This document shows positions 8,764 to 17,190 of a stretch of 32,000 bases of DNA, piece after piece. Numbering within the stretch: position 1 is the stretch's first letter; each line of letters begins with the position of its first letter. A model generated the notes under the pieces. The model was not told the DNA's origin. It saw nothing but the letters and a program-made list of their open reading frames with translations, and did not search any database. The position numbers and the translations under genes were made by a program. The stretch spans positions 638,988-670,987 of the forward strand of contig JBBISB010000001.1 in NCBI GenBank assembly GCA_037441475.1, in the 5' to 3' direction. Source of the stretch: Candidatus Iainarchaeum sp. Lineage in GTDB: Archaea > Iainarchaeota > Iainarchaeia > Iainarchaeales > CSSED10-239.

Positions 8764-8866
8764 TTTATATATTTTTTGCCTCTTAAATATATATACTTGT
8801 AGAAATATGCAAGTGAATCTTTTTTAACTATTTAAAATTATAAAAAAAATAAAAATGTGATTACAA

Positions 8867-9784
8867 ATGAGTGAAAATACAAATATTTACGATTTAGCAA
8901 TTGTTGGAGGAGGAGCAGCAGCAATGTCATGTGCCCTTTACTCAGGAAGATATAAAATGTCTACTGTAATGTTTACAGATTCATTTGGAGGAACAACAGC
9001 CTCAGCCCACATGATTTGGAACTACCCTGGTTTTTTAGAAATCTCAGGTATGGACCTAATGTCAAAAATGACAGAACAGATAAACCACCTTAAGATACCA
9101 ATAAAGTATGAAAAGGTAATAGATATTAAAAAAGAAAATAATTACTTTATTGTAAACTCAGATCAAGAGTCTTTAAAAGCAAAAAAAATATTAATAGCCA
9201 TAGGTATGAAGAAAAGAACCCTTAACATACAAGACGAAGATAAGTTTTTAGGAAAAGGCGTGCATTACTGTGCTACTTGTGATGGTGCTTTCTACAGAGA
9301 TAAAGTGGTTGGAGTTATTGGAGGGTCTGACGCTGCAGTAACAGCAGCTCTTTTACTTTCAGAGCTTGGAAAAAAAGTTTACTTAATCTATAGAGGAACT
9401 TCCTTAAGAGCAGAACCTATGTGGCTTGATTCTCTTTACAAACAAAAAAATGTTGAGATTCTTTATAACTCTGAACTTAAAAAGTTAGTTGGTAATGAAA
9501 AATTAGAAAAAATTATTCTTAAGGACGATAAAGAAATTGTTCTTGATGGTATCTTTATAGAGATTGGTCATGTTCCAAACACAGAGCTTTTAGAAAAATT
9601 AAACCTTACCTTAGATTCACATGGAGAGATAATTGTTGATAGAGAGCAAAGAACAAATATACCTGGTGTCTTTGCTGCTGGAGATTGTACAAACCAATCT
9701 GAGCTTAAACAAATAGTAACTTCAACCTCCCAAGGAGCAGTGGCTGCCTACCATATGTTCAAGGATTTAAAGGCTGAACAATGA
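8867..9784 (+). CDS. trxB: thioredoxin-disulfide reductase
   Basis: 305 aa. FAD motif VGGGAAA, redox-active CATCDG, second dinucleotide fold GGSDAA, and FAAGD near the C-terminus. Confidence 0.9.
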   Translation: MSENTNIYDLAIVGGGAAAMSCALYSGRYKMSTVMFTDSFGGTTASAHMIWNYPGFLEISGMDLMSKMTEQINHLKIPIKYEKVIDIKKENNYFIVNSDQESLKAKKILIAIGMKKRTLNIQDEDKFLGKGVHYCATCDGAFYRDKVVGVIGGSDAAVTAALLLSELGKKVYLIYRGTSLRAEPMWLDSLYKQKNVEILYNSELKKLVGNEKLEKIILKDDKEIVLDGIFIEIGHVPNTELLEKLNLTLDSHGEIIVDREQRTNIPGVFAAGDCTNQSELKQIVTSTSQGAVAAYHMFKDLKAEQ

Positions 9785-9890
9785 CAGCTATACATAAAAA
9801 GATACCTTTATTAAACATACCATTAATCATATTATTAAGGGGTTTTTTAAAAACATTTTTTAAATAAAATAACATCTAATAAAAACAATA

Positions 9891-10586
9891 ATGAGGGGTT
9901 TTATGACCGATATAAATAGTAAAGTAAAAAAGTCTTTTGAGTCAATTAATAAGAATCTTTATAGGACAAACAAGGTTTTAGAGCTTTATAACCCATTACA
10001 TGATATAATAAACAGCTTAATAAACGATTATAAAGAAATTTATGAAATAGGAAAGAAAAACGAACATTTAGAAAAAGAAATTGAAGAAGAAATTAAAAAA
10101 AGAGAGCTCATCTCTTTGTTTAAGAAAATGCATTTAACTGTTGCTGAAATTAAAGAGGAAATGGATATTTTCTATAAAGAGATGCAAGATGCAGATAAGT
10201 TTTTTGAAAAATACAGAACATACAGAACATATGTTTTTACAGATACTTTAAAGGCAAAAGACTATATCCAAAAACTAATCTCTTCCTTTGACATTAAAGA
10301 CTTTATTTTAAAGTTTAATGTTGTTGGAACCATTGATCTTTCAGACATTTCAACAAAAGTAAAAGGTAAAAAACAAGGTATTGATATAGTTGTTCCATCT
10401 GAAAACCTTGGTTTAATCTTTGATGAAATCTTAAAGTCTAAGACAGTTAAGTTTAGATTAGTATCTGATGCTATAACCATCTATTTCGAGAAAGACATTA
10501 TTCTTTATATAGAAGGACAAAGTAAGAAAATCAAGTTATGTGATATTGAAGCACAAAACTTTAATGCTAAGGTTATTGAAGATTAA
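9891..10586 (+). CDS. hypothetical protein (true start probably ATG 9903)
   Basis: 231-aa ORF. A GAGGGG Shine-Dalgarno-like sequence sits just upstream of the second ATG (9903). Coiled-coil-like N-terminal half, beta-rich C-terminal half. Immediately upstream of scpA. Confidence 0.45.
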   Translation: MRGFMTDINSKVKKSFESINKNLYRTNKVLELYNPLHDIINSLINDYKEIYEIGKKNEHLEKEIEEEIKKRELISLFKKMHLTVAEIKEEMDIFYKEMQDADKFFEKYRTYRTYVFTDTLKAKDYIQKLISSFDIKDFILKFNVVGTIDLSDISTKVKGKKQGIDIVVPSENLGLIFDEILKSKTVKFRLVSDAITIYFEKDIILYIEGQSKKIKLCDIEAQNFNAKVIED

Positions 10587-10633
10587 AAAAAACCTTAGTC
10601 TTTTTATTCTTTTTTAAACATGATTATTTCATT

Positions 10634-11299
10634 ATGGATAGATTAATAACAATCATTGACCAACCAAACTGGAAACTACTATTATTTGATTTAGTTAAAT
10701 CAAATGATTTTGATATTTGGAACATTGATATAGTATCCTTAACAGAGCTTTATTTAAAAAAAATAATTCAGCTTAAAGAGGGTAATTTAATGGTTCCTGC
10801 AAATGCTCTTTTAGCTGCCAGTATTCTACTTAAAATAAAAACATATACCTTAAAGCTTACAAGCATAGAACCTGAAGAAGAATTAATAATACCAAAAGAA
10901 GAGGATCTTTTGCTTAATGCTTTAAATCTTGATAACCAAATAAGGAATAAAGAAGGACAAGTTTCTTTAGATGACTTAATAGAAGCCATTGATTCTATAA
11001 TGAATAGACCAACTAAAAAGAACTTAGAAAAAATGATTAAGGAAAAAGCTGAAATTGAATTTATTCTTCCAAGGACTATTGAAGACATTAACTACAGGAT
11101 AGATGTTCTTTATACCTCTATTAAAAAACAAGCTGATGATGAAGGTTGTTTAACTTTTAAAAAACTTTTTTCAAATAACATTAATAACTTTGATGTTGTA
11201 AACAATCTTTTTATACCTCTTTTATTTCTTCATCAAGAAGAAAAAATAAATGTTTGGCAAGATGACTTTTTTTCTGAAATTTTTATAAAAGTTATTTAA
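10634..11299 (+). CDS. scpA: segregation and condensation protein A (kleisin ScpA)
   Basis: N-terminal WKLLLFDLVKSNDFDIWNIDIVSLTELYLKKI...ALLAASILLKIKT matches the ScpA signature region. Confidence 0.7.
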   Translation: MDRLITIIDQPNWKLLLFDLVKSNDFDIWNIDIVSLTELYLKKIIQLKEGNLMVPANALLAASILLKIKTYTLKLTSIEPEEELIIPKEEDLLLNALNLDNQIRNKEGQVSLDDLIEAIDSIMNRPTKKNLEKMIKEKAEIEFILPRTIEDINYRIDVLYTSIKKQADDEGCLTFKKLFSNNINNFDVVNNLFIPLLFLHQEEKINVWQDDFFSEIFIKVI

Positions 11300-11357
11300 T
11301 TTTTTCTTTTTAAGTAATTTTTTCTTTTTTCTTTGTTTAATCTTTTTTTTAAAAACT

Positions 11358-11400
11358 TTAACACATATTTATAAATATTATGTATGTATATTTTATCTAT
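11358..11400 (+). promoter_or_regulatory. conserved promoter block with TATA box (TTTATAAATA, 11368-11377) for pilin-signal adhesin gene 1
   Basis: The 43-nt block ttaacacatatttataaatattatgtatgtatattttatctat recurs at 13270-13312 with 40/43 identity upstream of the paralog. The same TTTATAAATAT box is seen upstream of other genes in the window. Confidence 0.55.
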
Positions 11401-11433
11401 TTTGTAGTTATTATTTAAGAAGGACCTTGTCTT

Positions 11434-13218
11434 ATGAAAAAAATAAAAAAACTTATTTCTAAAAATAAAGATGTGAAAAAAGATATGAATCATAATAAAA
11501 AAGCTCAAGTCTCAATTGAGATGATTGTTATTTTAGGAATATTGATTTTAGGTGCTGTTATTTTAGCAACCTTTCTAGGTCTTTTTGGTGAAAAAACAAC
11601 CCAGTTAACAGATCTTAATGAAGTTGCTGAAGGTACTTTTGATGGTTTTTTAAATAATTTAGGAAATTCTTCAGATGGAAGTTTCCCACAGCAGCCAGGA
11701 GGTACAGGAATAAACTATACTTTAACATTAATTCCAAACAATGCATCTTTTGGAACAGCAAACACCTCTGGTAGTTATCAGTCAGGTTCTTTAGTAACTG
11801 TTACAGCAACTCCTAGTGCAGGTTATTCTTTTGTAAACTGGACAATCACTTCAACAGGTGTTGTTGCAAGTACAAATGCAAGTTATTCTTTTACAATGCC
11901 AACAAACAATTTAGGTTTAACAGCTAATTTTTCTTCAAAAGCTCCTACCTTATATACCTTATCATTAGTTGAAAATCCAAATGAACCTAATGCAACATTG
12001 ATTGGTGCTGGAAGTTATGCCGCAGGAACAGTAGTTTCAGTTTCCATAACCACTACAGGTTCAATATTTTTTAATAATTGGACAAACCAAGGCGGAACTG
12101 TAGTAAGCTCTGTTGCAAATTTTAATTATACAATGCCTGCAAGTAATACAACATTAACAGCAAACTTTTCTACTGCTGCAACTATGGTTTCTTATTTCAC
12201 TTCTACATGGGATACAACAAAAACAAGCCCAGGTTCTTCTAATAGTAATCAAATAAAATTACCATTAGTTCCAACAGGGACATATAACTTCGTTGTTTAT
12301 TGGGGAGATAGAACTACAAACACTATAACCACTTGGAATTCTTCAAATGCAACCCATACATACTCTTCACCTGGAGAGTACACAATATATATCTCAGGTG
12401 TAATAAATGGATTTTCATTTAATAATTCTGGAGATAAATTAAAATTATTACGAATAGGTTCTTGGGGTCAATTAAACTTAGGAAATACAGGTGGTTATTT
12501 CTATGGTGCACAAAATCTAGAAATAGATGCAGCAGATTCTCTTGATTTAAGAGGAACAACAAATTTATCTTCTATGTTTAGAGATTGTTCTTCAATTACA
12601 ACTATTCCTTCATTAAATAAATGGGATGTTACATATGTAACTGATATGAGTTCAATGTTTTCATATGCAACTTCATTTAATGCTCCTTTAAATACTTGGG
12701 ATGTTAGAAATGTAACAAATATGTCTGGGATGTTTAATGGAGCTACTTCTTTTAATCAATATATAAATGACTGGGACACTTCAAATGTTAGTGATATGCA
12801 ATACATGTTTTTAGGTGCAGAAAAATTTAACCAGCCCTTAAACCAATGGAATGTTTCAAATGTTAGAAATATGGCTGGAATGTTTGCAAGTGCACAGAAT
12901 TTTGATCAACCTTTAAACAGTTGGGATGTTTCGAAGGTAACGCTTATGGAGGGTATGTTTGGTAATGCGTATTCTTTTGATCAGCCTTTAGATAGATGGG
13001 ATATTTCAAACGTTATTTTTATGGATTATTTTTTTGGAGATATAACTTTATCCACTAAAAATTATGATGCAATATTAAATTCTTGGGCTAATCAAAAATT
13101 AAAACAAAATGTTGTTTTTGATGCAGGGTATAGTAAGTATAGTTCTTCTGGTGAAGCTGCAAGAGATGTATTAATTAAAAACTATAATTGGACTATTAAA
13201 GATGGCGGTCTTCAGTAA
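11434..13218 (+). CDS. large surface protein: class III (type IV pilin-like) signal peptide + 2 InlB-B-type repeats + DUF285/BspA-like repeat domain
   Basis: N-terminus ...MNHNKKA|QVSIEMIVILGILILGAVILATFL has the QxSxE motif plus a hydrophobic helix. The alternative start at 11485 would give a short signal. Repeats of the form Y.L.L..N...G.....G.Y..G..V.V.ATP..GY.F.NWT. The C-terminal half has about 7 repeats of the form FN.PLN.WDVSNVT.M..MF. Confidence 0.8.
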   Translation: MKKIKKLISKNKDVKKDMNHNKKAQVSIEMIVILGILILGAVILATFLGLFGEKTTQLTDLNEVAEGTFDGFLNNLGNSSDGSFPQQPGGTGINYTLTLIPNNASFGTANTSGSYQSGSLVTVTATPSAGYSFVNWTITSTGVVASTNASYSFTMPTNNLGLTANFSSKAPTLYTLSLVENPNEPNATLIGAGSYAAGTVVSVSITTTGSIFFNNWTNQGGTVVSSVANFNYTMPASNTTLTANFSTAATMVSYFTSTWDTTKTSPGSSNSNQIKLPLVPTGTYNFVVYWGDRTTNTITTWNSSNATHTYSSPGEYTIYISGVINGFSFNNSGDKLKLLRIGSWGQLNLGNTGGYFYGAQNLEIDAADSLDLRGTTNLSSMFRDCSSITTIPSLNKWDVTYVTDMSSMFSYATSFNAPLNTWDVRNVTNMSGMFNGATSFNQYINDWDTSNVSDMQYMFLGAEKFNQPLNQWNVSNVRNMAGMFASAQNFDQPLNSWDVSKVTLMEGMFGNAYSFDQPLDRWDISNVIFMDYFFGDITLSTKNYDAILNSWANQKLKQNVVFDAGYSKYSSSGEAARDVLIKNYNWTIKDGGLQ

Positions 13219-13230
13219 TCCTTTTTTTTA
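13219..13230 (+). terminator. oligo-T archaeal-type terminator after adhesin gene 1
   Basis: T8 run at 13222-13229, directly after the TAA stop at 13216-13218. Confidence 0.4.
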
Positions 13231-13269
13231 AAAATAATTAGTAATTATCTTATTTAGTAATTATCTTAT

Positions 13270-13312
13270 TTAACACATGTTTATAAATATTATGTATTAA
13301 TATTTTATCTAT
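13270..13312 (+). promoter_or_regulatory. conserved promoter block with TATA box (13280-13289) for pilin-signal adhesin gene 2
   Basis: Duplicate of the 11358-11400 block (40/43 identical). Preceded by a 16-nt tandem duplication, ttagtaattatcttat x2, at 13238-13269. Confidence 0.55.
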
Positions 13313-13351
13313 ATACATCCTTATGTTATAAAATTATAAGCGTCTTTAATT

Positions 13352-16150
13352 ATGAAGAAAATAAAAAATAAATTAGTTATTAAAAAAAAAGAGAAGAAAG
13401 ATATGAATAAAAATAAAAAAGCCCAGGTCTCAATAGAGATGATAATTATTTTATCTGTTTTAATTTTAGGGGCAGTAGTATTTGCATCTTTACTTCTAGG
13501 CTTTTTTAATAAAAGTGTTGATAGAAACACAGATGTTGATGATGTAGCAAGTAATACTGTTAATAGCTTCATTAAAGATCTTGTAAATTATAATGATAGT
13601 AATAATCAAACCACTCCAAGTCCAACACCAATATTTTATAATCTAGTATTAACTCCAAACAATCCTTCTTTTGGAACAGCAAACACCTCTGGTAGTTATC
13701 AGTCAGGGTCTTTAGTAACTGTTACAGCAACTCCTAGTGCAGGTTATTCTTTTGTAAACTGGACAATCACTTCAACAGGTGTGGTTGCAAGTACAAATGC
13801 AAGTTATTCTTTTAATATGCCTTCAAGTAATTTAAGCTTATCAGCAAACTTTGTTTTAGCCCCTCCTACAAACTGTACTTTAACCTTAAACAGAAATCCT
13901 GTTTCAGGTGGAACAGTTTCAGGCGCAGGGACTTTTCCTTGTAATTCTTCTGTGACAGCAACAGCAACTCCTGCAATTAACTATGCTTTCACTAATTGGA
14001 CAACAACAAGTGGGACTGTTACAACAAACCATTATACTTTTAATTTAAATTCTTCTCAAACATTAACAGCAAACTTTACACCTTCTGCTTATAATCTTAA
14101 TTTAACAAAATCAGGAAGTGGAACTGGAACTGTTACAAGTTCTCCTGTTGGTATATCTTGTGGTTCAAGTTGTACTACAGCATCTTATGCTTTTCCTGTT
14201 AATCAACTTGTTACTTTAACAGCAACTGTTGTTAGTGGACATACTTTTGCAGGTTGGTCAGGGGATTGTTCAGGCACAAATCAAACCTGTACTGTTACAA
14301 TGTCTCAAGCAAGAAATGTAACTGCAACTTTTAATCTTCCAAACATATATTTATTATCTGTATCTAAAGAAAATCCGCTTGGTGGCTGGGTTGTAAGTTC
14401 TGGACCTACCCTAGGTATTAGTTGTGGTTCTGATTGTTCTGAAATTTATTCTTTAGGAGTTAATGTTTCTTTAACAACAACAAATCTTCTTCCAGGTTAT
14501 ACTTTTGTTGAATGGAGAGATGCTTGTACAGGATCTGCAGCTATCTGTTCATTTACTATGGATGGTCCAAAATATGTAACTGCTGTTTTTGCTCCTATTA
14601 ATCATACTTTAAATGTAAATAAAGTAAATCCTTCTTACGGTCTTGTACAGACTGTTTCTCCATCTACAGGAATTATCTGTGGTCTTGATTGCTCTGAAAG
14701 TTATTTTTATGGAACTAATGTTACTTTAAATGCTTCTGGTTTAAGTGGGGGAACTTTTGCAAGATGGTCTGGTGCTGGTTGTTCAGGCACAGATAACTGT
14801 ATAGTTACAATGGATGCTGCAAAAACTGTAACTGCAACTTTTAATGCTCCTGTTTCAAATTATTTATTAACTGTTAATAAGAATGGTACTGGTTCAGGAA
14901 GAGTTGTAAGTTCTACAATAGGTATTGATTGTGGAAGTACATGTTCTGCAAATTATGCTCAAGGAACAGTTATTAGTTTAACAGCTAATCCTGATGCAGG
15001 AAATACTTTTACTGGATGGTTAGGAGATTGTTCTGGAACTGGTCAATGTTTTGTGACTATGGATTCTGCAAAAAATGTTACTGCTGTATTTAATGCTACT
15101 AATTCATTCATTTCTAAATGGGTTACAAATAATTCTGAAGAAAGTAATTCTAATCAAATAAAATTACCGCTTGTTTCTTCTGGAACTTATAAATTTACAG
15201 TATATTGGGGAGATGGAACTACAAATACTATAACCACTTGGAATTCTTCAAATGCAACCCATACATACTCTTCACCTGGAGAGTACACAATATATATCTC
15301 AGGTGTAATAAATGGATTTTCATTTAATAATTCTGGAGATAAACTTAAATTAACTCAAATTTCAAAGTGGGGACCATTAAGACTTGGAAATACAGGTTCT
15401 TATTTCTATGGTGCACAAAACCTAACAATAACTGCAACAGATGTTTTAGATTTAACTGGTACTACAAATTTATCTTTAATGTTTAGTAACTGTTCTTCAA
15501 TAACAACAATTCCTTCTATTAATAGTTGGAATGTTTCAAATGTTACAAATATGGGATTTATGTTTTATTATGCAAGTCAGTTTAATAGTCCTTTAAATAA
15601 TTGGAATGTTTCAAATGTAACGAATATGCAGAGTATGTTTTATGGTGCAACTAATTTCAACCAACCAATCGGAGATTGGAATGTTTCAAATGTAACGAAT
15701 ATGAGTAATATGTTTTCTTATGCAACTGCTTTCAACCAACCAATCGGTTCTTGGAATGTTTCAAAAGTAACTACAATGCAAAGAATGTTTTTTCGTGCTT
15801 CTAATTTTAATAGACCTGTAGGAGATTGGAATGTTTCAAGTGTGAATAATATGGAAGGTATGTTTTTGAATGCATCTAGCTTTAATCAACCTCTTGGTAA
15901 TTGGAATCCAATAAATGTAAATAATTTTTCAATGTTTATTTCTAATACCAGGTGTTGTATTTTATCTACTGCAAATTATGATAATTTATTAATTGGATGG
16001 TCTTCTAAAAATTTGCAAAGAAATGTTAGATTAGATGTAGGTACAAGATATAGCTCAGCAGGTGAAACTGCAAGACAATCAATTATAACTAACTATAATT
16101 GGTATATTCATGATAATGGTAAGCAGTGGTTAAAAATATTTATAAATTAA
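13352..16150 (+). CDS. very large surface protein: class III signal peptide + 6 InlB-B-type repeats (4 with conserved Cys quartets) + DUF285/BspA-like repeat domain
   Basis: N-terminus ...MNKNKKA|QVSIEMIIILSVLILGAVVFASLL; alternative start at 13403. Four modules of the form GISCGS.C...Y..G..V.LTA....G.TF.GW.G.CSG...C.VTM...K.VTA.F. C-terminal WNVSNVTNM..MF..A..FNQPIG repeats. Paralog of 11434..13218. Confidence 0.8.
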   Translation: MKKIKNKLVIKKKEKKDMNKNKKAQVSIEMIIILSVLILGAVVFASLLLGFFNKSVDRNTDVDDVASNTVNSFIKDLVNYNDSNNQTTPSPTPIFYNLVLTPNNPSFGTANTSGSYQSGSLVTVTATPSAGYSFVNWTITSTGVVASTNASYSFNMPSSNLSLSANFVLAPPTNCTLTLNRNPVSGGTVSGAGTFPCNSSVTATATPAINYAFTNWTTTSGTVTTNHYTFNLNSSQTLTANFTPSAYNLNLTKSGSGTGTVTSSPVGISCGSSCTTASYAFPVNQLVTLTATVVSGHTFAGWSGDCSGTNQTCTVTMSQARNVTATFNLPNIYLLSVSKENPLGGWVVSSGPTLGISCGSDCSEIYSLGVNVSLTTTNLLPGYTFVEWRDACTGSAAICSFTMDGPKYVTAVFAPINHTLNVNKVNPSYGLVQTVSPSTGIICGLDCSESYFYGTNVTLNASGLSGGTFARWSGAGCSGTDNCIVTMDAAKTVTATFNAPVSNYLLTVNKNGTGSGRVVSSTIGIDCGSTCSANYAQGTVISLTANPDAGNTFTGWLGDCSGTGQCFVTMDSAKNVTAVFNATNSFISKWVTNNSEESNSNQIKLPLVSSGTYKFTVYWGDGTTNTITTWNSSNATHTYSSPGEYTIYISGVINGFSFNNSGDKLKLTQISKWGPLRLGNTGSYFYGAQNLTITATDVLDLTGTTNLSLMFSNCSSITTIPSINSWNVSNVTNMGFMFYYASQFNSPLNNWNVSNVTNMQSMFYGATNFNQPIGDWNVSNVTNMSNMFSYATAFNQPIGSWNVSKVTTMQRMFFRASNFNRPVGDWNVSSVNNMEGMFLNASSFNQPLGNWNPINVNNFSMFISNTRCCILSTANYDNLLIGWSSKNLQRNVRLDVGTRYSSAGETARQSIITNYNWYIHDNGKQWLKIFIN

Positions 16151-16199
16151 ACTATCTTAATATATATAGATATTTTTTTTAAAAAAAAGATGATTATAT

Positions 16200-16673
16200 A
16201 TGATAAACAAAAAAGGACAAGTCTCTATTGAGTTAATTATTTTAGTTGGTATGCTTATTATAGGTGCTGTTGTTTTATCTGTTACTTTGATTAGTTCATA
16301 TAAAAAAAATATAGAAACAACAGATGATACTGCAAAAAAACAAAGTAACCTTATAGATAATTTTGTAGAAGATCTTGATGATGTTCAATCCGGAAACTCT
16401 GGAGGACAGATAAATCAATTTAGTGTTACTCTTACTAATCCACGTCCAATTAGTTATCCTCCTGGAAATGTATCTTTTAATATTTCATATGATTATAATG
16501 TAGGTCCAGTTACTTGTAATTGGGATTTAAGTTCTATGACATATGGAGAGCAAAATTTCCAAGGTTGTTCTACTTTACGTAATTTAGGTTTAGGAGAATA
16601 TACTGCAGATTACACAGTTACAGATGGTTCTAGCACTAGAACAGGGACTGTGTCCTTTAGAGTTAATAATTAA
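16200..16673 (+). CDS. small archaeal type IV pilin-like protein with Ig/PKD-like C-terminal domain
   Basis: MINKKG|QVSIELIILVGMLIIGAVVLSV matches QxSxExxxL exactly. 157 aa is a typical pilin size. The C-terminal beta-rich segment (YTADYTVTDGSSTRTGTVSFRV) resembles a PKD/Ig fold. Confidence 0.7.
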   Translation: MINKKGQVSIELIILVGMLIIGAVVLSVTLISSYKKNIETTDDTAKKQSNLIDNFVEDLDDVQSGNSGGQINQFSVTLTNPRPISYPPGNVSFNISYDYNVGPVTCNWDLSSMTYGEQNFQGCSTLRNLGLGEYTADYTVTDGSSTRTGTVSFRVNN

Positions 16674-16687
16674 ATTAAAGATTTTTT

Positions 16688-17152
16688 ATGGACCAAACAA
16701 GTAGTGATTACCTTAAGCAAGCAATAGAGGCAATCCTCTTTTTATCCCCAAAATCTATTTCTTTATCAAAGATATATGCCTCTTTTCCAAACATCCCAAA
16801 GAACATAATAGATATCCAGATAGATGACTTGATAAACAGTTATCAAAAAAGACAAACATCTTTAGAAATTGTAAAAGATAACAATAAACTTGAAATTGTT
16901 GTAAAACCAGAGTTTCATTCCTTTAACATCTTTGCAACAGGAACAACTCTCTCAAAATCAGAGCTTAAGACCTTAGCCTTCATCTCTTTAAATGCCCCAG
17001 TAGAGCAAGCAAAGATAAGTAAGAAAAGACCTTTTGAAGATCTAAAGATATTAAAAGACCTAGATCTAATATCTATTGAAAAGAAGGGACGAAAGAATAT
17101 CTTACAAACAACCAAAAAATTTTCTCTTCTCTTTAAAAATAAGAAAAAGTAA
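16688..17152 (+). CDS. scpB: segregation and condensation protein B (ScpB)-like
   Basis: 154 aa. The N-terminal AIEAILFLSPKSISLSKI is a typical ScpB winged-helix start. Shorter than bacterial ScpB. Confidence 0.6.
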   Translation: MDQTSSDYLKQAIEAILFLSPKSISLSKIYASFPNIPKNIIDIQIDDLINSYQKRQTSLEIVKDNNKLEIVVKPEFHSFNIFATGTTLSKSELKTLAFISLNAPVEQAKISKKRPFEDLKILKDLDLISIEKKGRKNILQTTKKFSLLFKNKKK

Positions 17153-17190
17153 CCTTTAAATAAATATAACTCTTATATTTATTATATCTT

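Noticed and set aside
10262-11508. Track ORFs 10262..10480, 10768..11088 and 11296..11508 on the minus strand
   Set aside because: They are antisense shadows of the 9891 ORF, scpA and the adhesin promoter/leader region. They contain no recognisable motifs, and 11296..11508 would overlap the conserved promoter block.
13238-13269. A 16-nt tandem duplication (ttagtaattatcttat x2) between the adhesin paralogs as a regulatory element
   Set aside because: There are only two copies in very AT-rich intergenic DNA. It most likely arose by slippage or as a duplication-junction scar, and there is no evidence of function.
13321-13572. Track ORF 13321..13572 on the minus strand
   Set aside because: It is antisense to the promoter and signal-peptide region of the 932-aa gene. 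Its hydrophobic translation is simply the complement of the pilin-type hydrophobic helix.
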